Assembly: GCA_964203605.1 (NCBI GenBank)
Contig: CAXNMQ010000007.1
Span: 5,342-69,341, forward strand
Reading direction: 5' to 3'
Origin: Opitutales bacterium
GTDB taxonomy: Bacteria; Verrucomicrobiota; Verrucomicrobiia; Opitutales; UBA953
DNA: 64,000 nucleotides
In this document: positions 48,152 to 57,165 of the stretch, piece after piece
Layout: the number at the start of each line of letters is the position of its first letter
How positions within the stretch are numbered: the stretch's first letter is position 1
Notes under the pieces: model-generated
Told to the model about the DNA's origin: nothing
What the model saw: only the letters and a program-made list of their open reading frames with translations
Database searches by the model: none
Position numbers and translations under genes: made by a program

Positions 48152-49674
48152 TACTTCTTCGCGGCGGCCTTCTTCTTTCCCTTGCCACCGTTAGCGGGCA
48201 TCGGGTCGACGCCTGGGAGCGGGAAGTCGGGATTTGGGACGCGCGCGGCGGTCATCTTGGCTTCGAGTTCCTTAACCACTTCGGGGAACTTCGCGGCGAG
48301 GTCGGTCGTTTCGTTCGGGTCGGCGTCGAGGTCGTAGAGCTGCGTCACGATCGGTTCCTTGGCCTTGACGGCCTTAGTCATATCCGTGCGGATGGCCTTC
48401 CACTTGCCGTCCCAAATCGCTTGCTGCGAACCGTAGCCTGGGAATTCGCGATAGAGCGGGGCGGTGCGCGGGGCATCCGTGCCCTTGAACGTCGGGACGA
48501 GGCTCTCGCTGGCGATATCGGCCGTGCGCTCTAACTTCACGCCAGCGACTTCGGAGAACGTCAGCAGCCAGTCTTCGAAGCCGGAGATACGGTTCGAGCG
48601 CGTGCCGGCCTTGATGCCGGAGGGCCAGCGGACCACGGTCGGTTCGCGGACACCCCCTTCATGGAGGGAGCCCTTCAGGCCCTTTAGACCGCCGGCGGAA
48701 TTGAAGTATTTCGTATCGGCGCCGCCCGCGTCGTGCGTCGCGCCGTTGTCGCCGGTGAAGACGATGATCGTGTTGTCGGCCACCCCGGCCTGCTCGAGCG
48801 CGGCGAGGATGCGGCCGACTTCCTTGTCGAGGCGTGAGATCATCGCAGCGTAGGTGGTGCGGGGCGTACGGTTGGGGCTGTAGCCGCCTTTCTGCGGGGC
48901 GTAGGGCGCGTCTTCCTTAATCACGCCTTCGTACTGCTTCAGTTCTTCCGCGGGCACTTGCAGGGCCACGTGCGGCAGGGGCGAGGCGTAGTAGAGGAAG
49001 AACGGTTTGCTCTTGTTGGCGGCGATGAAGGCTTCCGCACCTTTGATGGTGCGTTCGCTCAGGAAATCTTTGCCGATGAACGGTGCGTAGGCCTTGGGGT
49101 CTTGCGGGTCGGCGTCAGCCGGGAAGACGCCATGGCCGGGCACGCCGTCGGGTCCGTTATCGAGCGGAATCTTGACGCCGTTATCCTGGATGAAAGGGGG
49201 GTAGTGGCTGTGCGCGACCCATTGGCTGGTGACGCCGAGGAAGCGGTCGAAGCCTTGTTTCAGCGGGCTGCCGGTGGAGTCGAAGCCGCCCATGCCCCAT
49301 TTGCCAAACGCCGCGGTCGCATAGCCGGCTGACTTGAGCGTGGCGGGCAGCGTCGTGATGCCGTTCGGTAACGGGAACTGCTCGCGGTCGCCGACGTCGC
49401 CGTTGTCGCGCGCCGTGGAGCGGCCAGGATTACGTCCGGTCATCAGCACGGTGCGCGACGGCGCGCATACCGGGCTGCCGCAGTAGTGGCGGGTGAGGAT
49501 CATCCCTTCGCGGGCGAGACGGTCCACGTTCGGCGTGCGGATGATCTTCTGGCCGTTGTAGCCGACTTCACCGTAGCCGAGGTCATCGGCCAGGATGAAG
49601 ACGATGTTCGGACGAGACTCCGCGCAGAGGCTGGCGCAGAACAGGGATAGCAGAAGCAGGGGGGCGCGGCTCAT
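48151..49674 (-). CDS. arylsulfatase (formylglycine-dependent sulfatase family), secreted
   Basis: 507-aa ORF with ATG at 49674. Signal peptide; RPNIVFILADDLGYGE; CGSPVCAPSRTVLMTGR (C-x-P-x-R); GKWGMGG; FTGDNG. Confidence 0.92.
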   Translation of the reverse strand: MSRAPLLLLSLFCASLCAESRPNIVFILADDLGYGEVGYNGQKIIRTPNVDRLAREGMILTRHYCGSPVCAPSRTVLMTGRNPGRSTARDNGDVGDREQFPLPNGITTLPATLKSAGYATAAFGKWGMGGFDSTGSPLKQGFDRFLGVTSQWVAHSHYPPFIQDNGVKIPLDNGPDGVPGHGVFPADADPQDPKAYAPFIGKDFLSERTIKGAEAFIAANKSKPFFLYYASPLPHVALQVPAEELKQYEGVIKEDAPYAPQKGGYSPNRTPRTTYAAMISRLDKEVGRILAALEQAGVADNTIIVFTGDNGATHDAGGADTKYFNSAGGLKGLKGSLHEGGVREPTVVRWPSGIKAGTRSNRISGFEDWLLTFSEVAGVKLERTADIASESLVPTFKGTDAPRTAPLYREFPGYGSQQAIWDGKWKAIRTDMTKAVKAKEPIVTQLYDLDADPNETTDLAAKFPEVVKELEAKMTAARVPNPDFPLPGVDPMPANGGKGKKKAAAKK

Positions 49675-49733
49675 GCCGATTTATTAGGGTTAGGCCTTCG
49701 TTATGTCGAGAAACCAAGGGGGTGGGTTTGTCG

Positions 49734-49762
49734 GATTGACATCCCTGCTGGGGTGGGGCTTA
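49734..49762 (+). promoter_or_regulatory. possible sigma70-type promoter for tRNA-Pro (exact TTGACA, 17-nt spacer, weak -10 CTTAAC)
   Basis: TTGACA at 49734-49739 read directly. The -10 match is poor and the distance to the mature 5' end is about 19 nt, so this is tentative. Confidence 0.25.
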
Positions 49763-49780
49763 ACCCAATCTTTCCTCTCT

Positions 49781-49857
<77 letters not shown>

Positions 49858-49875
49858 GAGGAAAACGAAGCCAAA

Positions 49876-49892
49876 GCCCCACCAAGTGGGGC
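49876..49892. terminator. hairpin between the tRNA-Pro 3' end and the convergent sulfatase stop
   Basis: GCCCCAC-caa-GTGGGGC. On the minus strand it is followed by TTTGGCTTCGTTTT, so it is most convincing as the terminator of sulfatase gene 49900..51261. Confidence 0.55.
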
Positions 49893-49899
49893 CAAGGGC

Positions 49900-51261
49900 C
49901 TATTTCTTCGCCTTCTTGGCCGGGGCCTTGCCTGCCCTGGTGCCCTGGAACAGCGGGGCGACCAGTTCCTTATCCCAAGCCGATAGGTCGGCGGAGAGCT
50001 TGGCGACGACTTCGGGTCGAGCGGACGCCAGGTCCTTCGCTTCGCCGATATCCGTTGACAGGTCGTAGAGTTCGTCGGGTTGCTTGCCGTTGCGGACCAA
50101 CTTCCAGTCGCCGGAGCGGACGGCGTAGCTTTGTTCGCCGCCGATGCGCCAGATGCGCCAGAAGAGGTTCGTATGTGGTGCGGCTTGGGTCTCGCCTCGC
50201 AGGAAGGGGATGAGGTTGACGCCGTCGAGTTTGCGCTCGGAGGGGAAGGTGACGCCGGCCAGCGACAACGCCGTGGCCGTGACGTCGAGGGAGGAAACCG
50301 GGCGGTCGTAGGTCGAACCCGCCTTGAGCCGGGCCGGCCAGCTGATGACGAACGGGACGCGGACGCCGCCTTCGTAGACCGTGCCTTTATTGGCGCGTAG
50401 CGGCGTGTTGTCGGCGCCGAGCGAGGGTGGCGTGCCGCCGTTGTCGCTGAAGAAGAAGATCAGCGTGTCCTGAGTCTGTCCGCTGGCCGCGAGCGCCCGG
50501 GTGACCTCGCCGACGGCGTCGTCCAGCAGGCTGATCTGCGCGAGGCACTTGCGACGGGTCGGATCTTTCACGTCCGCGAACTGTTTCTCGCGCTCGGCCG
50601 TGGGCATGTGCGGGGTGTGTGGGGCGTTGAACGCCAGGTAAAGCATCCAAGGCGCGCCGGCCTGGCGGGTGACGAAGGCGGCGGCCTCCTTGCCGAAGGC
50701 CGCGGTCAGGTGGGCGGGGATTTCCGTGGTGGCTTGGCCGTCGCGGGTCAGCGGGACGTTGTATTCTTTCTTCACGTCAATCGCCCAGCCGGAGAAGGAA
50801 TGGCCGCCGCCGATGAAGCCATAGGTCTGTTGGAAACCGCGGGCCCAAGGCGTATGCGCCGGCGTCGCGCCGAGGTGCCACTTGCCGATCCAGCCCGTCC
50901 GGTAGCCGGCTTCCTGCAGGAACTGCGGAAGGAGTTTCTCCGTGAGCGGCAGGCCCGCCCCGGCGTCGGTCGGATTATAGGGCGGATTTTTCTCATGCCC
51001 GAAGCGTTGCTGGTAGCGGCCCGTGAGCAGGCCGGCGCGCGTGGGCGAACAGAAGGGGTGGGACACGTAGCCGCTGGTGCAGCGCACGCCGGAAGCGGCC
51101 AGCGCGTCCAGATGGGGCGTCGGCACGGCTTTGCCGCCGTTGAAGCCGACGTCGGCGTAGCCATGGTCGTCGCTGACGATCACGAGGATATTGGGCTTAC
51201 GGTCGGCGGCGAAAGCCAAGGCGCAGGCGCAGGTGGCGAACAAAAGTCGGAGGGTGTTCAT
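49900..51261 (-). CDS. sulfatase (arylsulfatase A-like), secreted
   Basis: 453-aa ORF with ATG at 51261. Signal peptide; KPNILVIVSDDHGYAD; CSPTRAGLLTGR; GKWHLG; FSDNGG. Confidence 0.92.
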   Translation of the reverse strand: MNTLRLLFATCACALAFAADRKPNILVIVSDDHGYADVGFNGGKAVPTPHLDALAASGVRCTSGYVSHPFCSPTRAGLLTGRYQQRFGHEKNPPYNPTDAGAGLPLTEKLLPQFLQEAGYRTGWIGKWHLGATPAHTPWARGFQQTYGFIGGGHSFSGWAIDVKKEYNVPLTRDGQATTEIPAHLTAAFGKEAAAFVTRQAGAPWMLYLAFNAPHTPHMPTAEREKQFADVKDPTRRKCLAQISLLDDAVGEVTRALAASGQTQDTLIFFFSDNGGTPPSLGADNTPLRANKGTVYEGGVRVPFVISWPARLKAGSTYDRPVSSLDVTATALSLAGVTFPSERKLDGVNLIPFLRGETQAAPHTNLFWRIWRIGGEQSYAVRSGDWKLVRNGKQPDELYDLSTDIGEAKDLASARPEVVAKLSADLSAWDKELVAPLFQGTRAGKAPAKKAKK

Positions 51262-51268
51262 GGTAAGG

Positions 51269-52312
51269 TTATTTAGAGAGCTCCAGAGCCGGTCCCGCCT
51301 TGCCTGGCTTCTGGCTCAGCGACCAATCGGCAGGTTGGCCTTTACGTTGGCGGGAGAGCCATTCCAGGGCGGCCGTGGGTTCGGAGTCATGGCCGCCTTC
51401 GAAGACCGTCACGCGGGCGTTACCGGAGGCGCGTCGGAAGAGGGTCGCCTTCTGGCGTTCCGGGTCGATCTGCGTCTCGGTGGCGAGATCGGCGGGGATC
51501 TTCTGTTCGCGGACCATGAAGTCGATGTCGGCGACTGAGACCTGTTTGTCGGGTGCGGCGAGCACGTTGAAGGCGAGGAGCGAATGGCTCACTGGTACGG
51601 ACCCCGTGTGGCCATCATGGATGCCCGTATTGATATCGAGCGGCACGCCCTTGGCGGCGGCGAGATGGAAGAGGGGCGAGCGATGGCGGTATTCCGCTTC
51701 CGTGGCGGGACCAGGCTTTCCGCCGCAGCACTGCTCGATCATCTTGGCGTAGTTATTCTTCCGTGCCGTGCTCTCGGCGTGCCAGGCGGTGAGGTCAGAG
51801 ATCGGTACCCAGGCGCTCACCGCGGCCCAGAGGCCGGGGACACGTGAGGCCATGACGAGCGACATATGTCCGCCGCCGGAGCCGCCCACGAGGTAGATAC
51901 GATCCGTATCAATGCGGGCGTGGCTCTTGGCGTATTCGACCGCGTCGATGATGTCCTGTGAGGCCAGGTCGGAAGCACAGGCTTCCGGATTGTTGTTAAT
52001 GCCACGGAAAGCCGGAGCGATCATCACCCAGCCACGTTGCTTGGCCAGTCCGACGAGCATGGGCCCTTGTTCGATACTTCCGCTCCAACTGTGCAGGAAG
52101 ACCAGCAGAGGTACGGCCGGGCCGGCGAGATTCTTCGCGGCGGAGTCAGGCTGGTAGTAGACGACTTTCTGTGGAGAGCCGTCTTTGGTGCTGGTGACGT
52201 CGACCGCCATCTTGAGCGCTATCGCCTTCATCTCGTCGGCGGAAGGTCGCTTGGCGGGTTCAGCCGCGACGAGCGTCACGCAGGAAAGGATGAGGGTGGC
52301 GAGGGGCTTCAT
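51269..52312 (-). CDS. alpha/beta-hydrolase (prolyl-oligopeptidase/esterase-like), secreted
   Basis: 347-aa ORF with ATG at 52312 overlapping the upstream stop. Signal peptide; nucleophile elbow VGGSGGGHM; later D and H candidates (GIHDGHTG). Confidence 0.8.
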   Translation of the reverse strand: MKPLATLILSCVTLVAAEPAKRPSADEMKAIALKMAVDVTSTKDGSPQKVVYYQPDSAAKNLAGPAVPLLVFLHSWSGSIEQGPMLVGLAKQRGWVMIAPAFRGINNNPEACASDLASQDIIDAVEYAKSHARIDTDRIYLVGGSGGGHMSLVMASRVPGLWAAVSAWVPISDLTAWHAESTARKNNYAKMIEQCCGGKPGPATEAEYRHRSPLFHLAAAKGVPLDINTGIHDGHTGSVPVSHSLLAFNVLAAPDKQVSVADIDFMVREQKIPADLATETQIDPERQKATLFRRASGNARVTVFEGGHDSEPTAALEWLSRQRKGQPADWSLSQKPGKAGPALELSK

Positions 52313-53313
52313 TTGGCGGAGGAGATGAGGTGCGCTTTGATGAAGTCGCTATCCGTGGCGTGGACGATGTTCGGGGCGCCCGGGTAGACGAGTTCGCAGG
52401 GGGCCTTGAGCGCGTCGCAGTGTTCCTTGAGTTTCACGCCGAAGTTGGCCGTATGCGTAGGGTCCTTCTCGTCTTTGCCGAGGTTAGGCGGGGTGCTGTA
52501 GAAAAGGCCGACGGGTGGGTCGTCGCGGGAGACGAGTTCGTAGGGCGAGTACTCCTTGATCCAGGGGAGGATGCGTTCGCGCTCGGCGTAGAACATGTCG
52601 AAGGACGAAAGTTTCTGCTTCGCGTCCCAGACGATGCCGAAGGCGTGGGCACCGTATTTGCTATTGGGCGTCCAATCGCGCATCTGCTTCGGGTCGAGGG
52701 TGGTCTGGGCGCCGGAGACCGCGGCGCAGGTCACGCGGGTGGATTCGCGGGCGATGGGGTCAGCGCTGTTCGGATCGGCGAGGTCATCGTGGAACGCGAT
52801 CCAAAGGCTGGTACAGGCGCCGGCAGAGCCGCCCGCCAGGGCGACCTTGGTCTTATCGAGGTTCCATTCCTTGGCCTTGCTGCGCGTGAACTGGAGGGCG
52901 CGGGCGCAATCGACCATCGGTCCTTTCACGGGTGGCACGAGGCCGTCGTTCATCGAGTCCCGGATGTTGCGGTATTCCACCGAAACCACCGAGATGCCGG
53001 CGTCGAGAGCGGGCTTGAGCATGCTGCGTACGACCGATCGGTCGCCGCCGGTCCAACCGCCGCCGTGGATGTAGAAGAGTAAGGGCGTAGGCTTATCGGA
53101 CTTCGCGCGCCAGAAGTAGATCCGCTGCATCCGGTGCGATCCGTAGGAGACGTTCTCGTCGGGTTCGAGCGGCAGTGGGTATTTACGAAACTCAGGGTCG
53201 ATGACTTTTGCCGGTACGGCGGCCTTGGCGGGAGCTTTGGTCGGCGCGTCGGCAGCGAGCAGGGAGGCGGCGCCTAGGGTAAGGGCAACGACAGAAGCGA
53301 GCAGGGGGTTCAT
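52309..53313 (-). CDS. alpha/beta-hydrolase, HGGG-type esterase/lipase, secreted
   Basis: 334-aa ORF with ATG at 53313. Signal peptide; oxyanion HGGGWTGGD; nucleophile LAGGSAGAC. Confidence 0.82.
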   Translation of the reverse strand: MNPLLASVVALTLGAASLLAADAPTKAPAKAAVPAKVIDPEFRKYPLPLEPDENVSYGSHRMQRIYFWRAKSDKPTPLLFYIHGGGWTGGDRSVVRSMLKPALDAGISVVSVEYRNIRDSMNDGLVPPVKGPMVDCARALQFTRSKAKEWNLDKTKVALAGGSAGACTSLWIAFHDDLADPNSADPIARESTRVTCAAVSGAQTTLDPKQMRDWTPNSKYGAHAFGIVWDAKQKLSSFDMFYAERERILPWIKEYSPYELVSRDDPPVGLFYSTPPNLGKDEKDPTHTANFGVKLKEHCDALKAPCELVYPGAPNIVHATDSDFIKAHLISSAK

Positions 53314-53359
53314 GCTGCCATTAAGACAGCCAGAACCCCCTGCGGTTGCGAGTAAAACC

Positions 53360-53809
53360 TTACTTCGCTGGTGTCGCGGGCGGGACCTTGCAGGACTGCC
53401 AGGCGAGGAACTTCCATTCGCCTTTTTCGAGGTGCCAGACGGCGAGGAAGCTGATGGTGCTCTCGGCGGGGTTGCCTTTCACGACCGCCTTCACATCGAA
53501 GCGTCCGGCCATGAGTGCGATGCCGGGGGCAGGGAAGGTGAAGGCGCGCTGCTGGTAGGCGTATTTCGAATAAGTCGCCGAACCATCCGTCAGGGAATCG
53601 ATCAAGGACGCCTTGGTGTCGACCTGTCCGTTCGAGTGGGCGTAGCGCAGATCGGGCGAAAGCACGGCTTCGAGCTTTTCGCGGGTCGGGGCCAGCATGG
53701 CCGCCACCCGGGCGTCGTCGGCCGCGGACACGCGCGCGAGTTCGGGGTGGTCGGCGGCCGAAGCGGTGAGCGCGAGGAGGACGGCGAAGAGGGCGGCGAG
53801 GTGTTGCAT
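53360..53809 (-). CDS. DUF4440 / SnoaL-like NTF2-fold protein, secreted
   Basis: ORF 53360..53830 (TTG); ATG at 53809 (MQHLAALFAVLLALTASAADH). ...FLAVWHLEKGEWKFLAWQS, typical of DUF4440. Confidence 0.75.
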   Translation of the reverse strand: MQHLAALFAVLLALTASAADHPELARVSAADDARVAAMLAPTREKLEAVLSPDLRYAHSNGQVDTKASLIDSLTDGSATYSKYAYQQRAFTFPAPGIALMAGRFDVKAVVKGNPAESTISFLAVWHLEKGEWKFLAWQSCKVPPATPAK

Positions 53810-53830
53810 AGGAAATGGGAAGAGCGGCAA

Positions 53831-54566
53831 TTATTTCTTCTTCTCGAGCATGGAGCGGACGCGGGCTTCTTCCTTGGCCAGGGCGGCCGGGCGGAATCGG
53901 CATCGGCACAAAGGTTGGGTCGGCTTTGATGATCTCGCTGGCAGGAATCGTCCGGAGGCGCAGGTTTCGGAAAGCGACGTCCTGGCCGTGGTCCTGAAGG
54001 AGCAGTTTGCCGCCGCGGCCCTTGAGGTCGCCACCGCGAATGGTCAGTAGGCGGATTTCCGAAGCCCACTTGGGGTCGGTATAATCGAAGGACAGAACAT
54101 TCTGCTCGTTGAGCCAGTGCTCAATGACCGTGCCTTGGCAGCGGATGCGGGCGGTGTTCCATTCGCCGACAGGACGGGTGACCTGCTTACTCGGGGCCAT
54201 GCAGAAGAAGAGGGAAGCGGCTGCCTGGCGTGGATTCTCGCCGTAAGGGCTGCCGATGTCGTCCAGCACCTGATACTCGACCTGTCCCGGACGGTAATAG
54301 ACGCCGCTATTGCAGCCCTTGCTGACCTTCCAGTCGAAGCGTAGCTCAAAATCGTCGGGCAACGTGCGAGCTTCGTAGGTCAGCTGGCCAGAGGGTCGGA
54401 CGCGGGCGAAGGCGCCGTCTTGGATCTCCCAATTGCCGGGGTGTTTCCAACCATCGAAGGTCTTACCATCCGAAAGCGCGACGAAACCAAGGCGCTGCTC
54501 CTCTTGGTCCATCGGTGCCGCGGCGAGCGAGGCTATCGTGGCGATTATTGTAATCAGGAAGCGCAT
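53831..54566 (-). pseudogene. DUF1080 (3-keto-disaccharide hydrolase-like, LamG fold) protein, one +1 frame break at about 53884-53895
   Basis: ATG at 54566 (MRFLITIIATIASLAAAP). GFVALSDGKTFDGWK...NWEIQDGA...NSGVYYR...EYQVLDD...QDHGQDVAFRNLRLRTI. The track ORF 53310..54602 then runs on out of frame over the next gene. Removing one base gives ...PTFVPMPIPPAALAKEEARVRSMLEKKK stop at 53831. Confidence 0.82.
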
Positions 54567-54578
54567 GTCAAAGTGGCC

Positions 54579-54608
54579 TAAGAACAAAGAACAAGGAACC
54601 AAGAACGA
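54579..54608. repeat. AT-richer purine microrepeat (AAGAAC/AAGGAAC x4) directly upstream of the DUF1080 gene start
   Basis: tAAGAACAAAGAACAAGGAACCAAGAACga read directly; unusual composition for this window. Confidence 0.6.
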
Positions 54609-54636
54609 TAGCGGTGCGCTCGGCCATCTGTCATCT

Positions 54637-55674
54637 TTACTGCCTTACGGCAGTGACAATACTGCGATCACACGCGGTGTCCTGATGGCGAATGTCCCCG
54701 AAGCCGGCTTCGGTCAGGAGCTCGCGCATCTCGCCAGTGCCATAGCAACGGCCTTCGGTGACGCTCATCAAGAGAGCGGAGTAGGCGGCCACGGGAGCCG
54801 GGCCGGTCTTGTCGTCGTTGAGGTGGGCGTCGTGCACGATGAGCAGTCCGCCCTTGGGCAGTGCCTTGGCCGAGGCGGCCAGGAGGAAGCGGACCTTATC
54901 GGTGTCCCAGTCATGCAGGACGTTGGAGAATAGGTGGACGTCGTAGCCGGAGGGCAGGGCTTCGGTGAACATGTCGCCGGCCTTGACGTCGACGCGGTCC
55001 TGGAAGCCGCGTTTGGCAATCATCTTGCGGGTGATGCCGTCGACCGGGGCGCGTTCGAAGACCGTGGCGGTAAGCTTGGGGTGATTGGCGACGAGCGCGC
55101 AGGCGTAGATGCCCGAGCCACCGGCGATATCGAGCAGGCGGGTGCGCGTGCCGATCGGCGAGGCTTTGGCCATCGCGGGTCCGAGCGTGAAGCCACGCGA
55201 ATCCATCGCCGCGGTGAAGCTGGTCGCGAACGCGTCGGTGAGCATGGCTTCGCTCCAAGGCTTCTCGTCCTTGTAGCTGCCCCAGTTGGCGGGCTTGTCG
55301 GTCTTCAGGATGATGATGAAGTCCTTCACCACTGGACGGTCCTTGAGCGAGGCATAGTAGGCGCCCAGGAAAACAGGAGAGGTACTGTCGAGGTGCTCTT
55401 GGCCGAGCGGGGTGGTGGAGTAGATGCCGTCCTTTAGGGCGAGAAAGCCATTGGCGACGAAAAGCGTCAGCATCACGTCCGTCGGCCGGCGGTGCGTACC
55501 AAGGTCGCGGCAGACCGTTGCGAGATCGGCAGGCTTCGCGGCGAGCTTTGTGAACAGGTCGAATTCCGTAATCGCGGCGGCGATCAGGTCGACAGCGTAG
55601 AGGCCATCGCGGAAGCGATAGATCTCCAGCGGATCGTGGGCGGGCGCGCAGGTGAGGTCGAGCGAGGCAGGCAT
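54637..55674 (-). CDS. class I SAM-dependent O-methyltransferase (COMT-like with N-terminal dimerisation/winged-helix domain)
   Basis: ORF 54637..55716; ATG at 55674 (MPASLDLTCAPAHDPLEIYRF). SAM motif LLDIAGGSGIYA; VLHDWD block typical of the O-methyltransferase 2 family. Confidence 0.82.
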   Translation of the reverse strand: MPASLDLTCAPAHDPLEIYRFRDGLYAVDLIAAAITEFDLFTKLAAKPADLATVCRDLGTHRRPTDVMLTLFVANGFLALKDGIYSTTPLGQEHLDSTSPVFLGAYYASLKDRPVVKDFIIILKTDKPANWGSYKDEKPWSEAMLTDAFATSFTAAMDSRGFTLGPAMAKASPIGTRTRLLDIAGGSGIYACALVANHPKLTATVFERAPVDGITRKMIAKRGFQDRVDVKAGDMFTEALPSGYDVHLFSNVLHDWDTDKVRFLLAASAKALPKGGLLIVHDAHLNDDKTGPAPVAAYSALLMSVTEGRCYGTGEMRELLTEAGFGDIRHQDTACDRSIVTAVRQ

Positions 55675-55730
55675 AAGCAAGGGCTGCACGATGACAGCCC
55701 TTGGGGAGAAAACCACCTGATTTCTCAGGC

Positions 55731-57158
55731 TTACTTCGCCTTCTTCTTGCCGGCTTTCTTCTTGCTGGCTTGTTCGCCGTCGGCGGTGGGCTTGTCGGCG
55801 TGGTCGGGGATCTTGAAGTCAATGGCCTTAGCCTGCTTGTCGTATTCCGCTTCTAGCTTCTTGCGTAGGTCGGCGTAGGCGGGATCGGCGGCTAGGTTCT
55901 TGATTTCGTACGGGTCGGCCTTGAGGTCGAAGACCTCGGTCCACTCGTCGTGGCCGGGGTACTTAATCAGCTTGGCCTCGGCGGTGCGCACGGCGGTCGT
56001 GAGCGGGGAGCCGAAACCCTTTTCGTAGAAGTAGCAGTAGAAGAAGCTGTCGCGCCAGTCGGTATGCTTCTCTTCCAGGAGCGGCTTCCAGCTGCGTCCG
56101 TGAATCGCGGCGGGCACCGGCAGCCCGGCGAGGTCGAGGAAGGTTGCGGCGGGGTCGATGTTGAGGACCATGCGGTCGTCGGTCCGGCCGGCCTTCACGG
56201 CGCGTGGGTAACGGAACAGCATCGGGATGCGCATCGATTCCTCGTAGGCCGTGCGTTTATCGCCAAGGTTATGTTCACCGAGGTAGTAGCCGTTATCGCT
56301 CGAGAAGACGAAGACCGTGTCCTCCGTCAGCTTGAGGTCGTCGAGGAGCTGCAGAAGCTTGCCGACGTTATCGTCGACCGAGTTGATGCCCCGGAACATG
56401 CCGAGGTTGGTCGGAACCTCCTTGGCGTCGGTAGCCTTGCCCTTGGCGCCGTTCGGTCCGGCCTTGGCGTAGATGGCGGGGATGCCGTAGTTAGGCACCG
56501 AGCGGGCCAGCGCGCCTTCGTAATCCTTCGCGTTGCGGGGAGGCGGAGTGAAGGGGCCGTGGGCGGTCTTGAGGCCCAAGATCATCAGGAAGGGCTTCTC
56601 CTTGTTCGCTTTGATGAAGTTCGACGCATACTCGGTGGTGACGTCGTCAACGAAGCCCTTGCTCGGGGTCTTGACGCCATCGACTTCGATCGGGCAGTCG
56701 AAGTAGACGCCCTGGCCGACGAAGCTCGCGGAGGTGTCGAAACCCGGGCGTTTGCCCGATTGGTTGCCGTGGTGCCACTTCCCGAAGTAGCCCGAGACGT
56801 AGCCGGCCGGGCGGAGCAGGGTGGCGACGGAAATATTCCCTTCCGGGTGAGGCGTGTGGTTGTTGGTGACGCCGTTGACGTGGCCGTACTGGCCGGTCAC
56901 GAGCGAAGCGCGCGAAGGGGCGCACAGGGAGTTTACCACGAAGGCGTTGCGGAAGCGTACGCCCTGCGCCGCGAGGCGGTCGAGGTTTGGAGTTTTGAGC
57001 CAAGGGAAGCGGCCTTTCTCGCCCTGTTCTTTCTGTACGACGCTCAGCGCATCCCAGCGCTGGTCGTCGGTGAAGACGTAGACGAAGTTGGGCTTACGGT
57101 CAGCGGCGGTCGCGAGTGAGGCGAAGCCGGCGAAGAGGAGTAGGGCGAGCTTGTTCAT
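55731..57158 (-). CDS. sulfatase (N-acetylglucosamine-6-sulfatase-like), secreted
   Basis: 475-aa ORF with ATG at 57158. Signal peptide; KPNFVYVFTDDQRWD; CAPSRASLVTGQYGH; GKWHHG; SSDNGY. Lys-rich C-terminal tail. Confidence 0.92.
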   Translation of the reverse strand: MNKLALLLFAGFASLATAADRKPNFVYVFTDDQRWDALSVVQKEQGEKGRFPWLKTPNLDRLAAQGVRFRNAFVVNSLCAPSRASLVTGQYGHVNGVTNNHTPHPEGNISVATLLRPAGYVSGYFGKWHHGNQSGKRPGFDTSASFVGQGVYFDCPIEVDGVKTPSKGFVDDVTTEYASNFIKANKEKPFLMILGLKTAHGPFTPPPRNAKDYEGALARSVPNYGIPAIYAKAGPNGAKGKATDAKEVPTNLGMFRGINSVDDNVGKLLQLLDDLKLTEDTVFVFSSDNGYYLGEHNLGDKRTAYEESMRIPMLFRYPRAVKAGRTDDRMVLNIDPAATFLDLAGLPVPAAIHGRSWKPLLEEKHTDWRDSFFYCYFYEKGFGSPLTTAVRTAEAKLIKYPGHDEWTEVFDLKADPYEIKNLAADPAYADLRKKLEAEYDKQAKAIDFKIPDHADKPTADGEQASKKKAGKKKAK

Positions 57159-57165
57159 AGTGATC

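Noticed and set aside
53310-53830. C-terminal 170 aa of the 430-aa ORF 53310..54602, which would overlap the DUF4440 gene.
   Set aside because: It is out-of-frame continuation after the break at about 53890. The repaired DUF1080 gene stops at 53831, and the DUF4440 frame carries the genuine signal.
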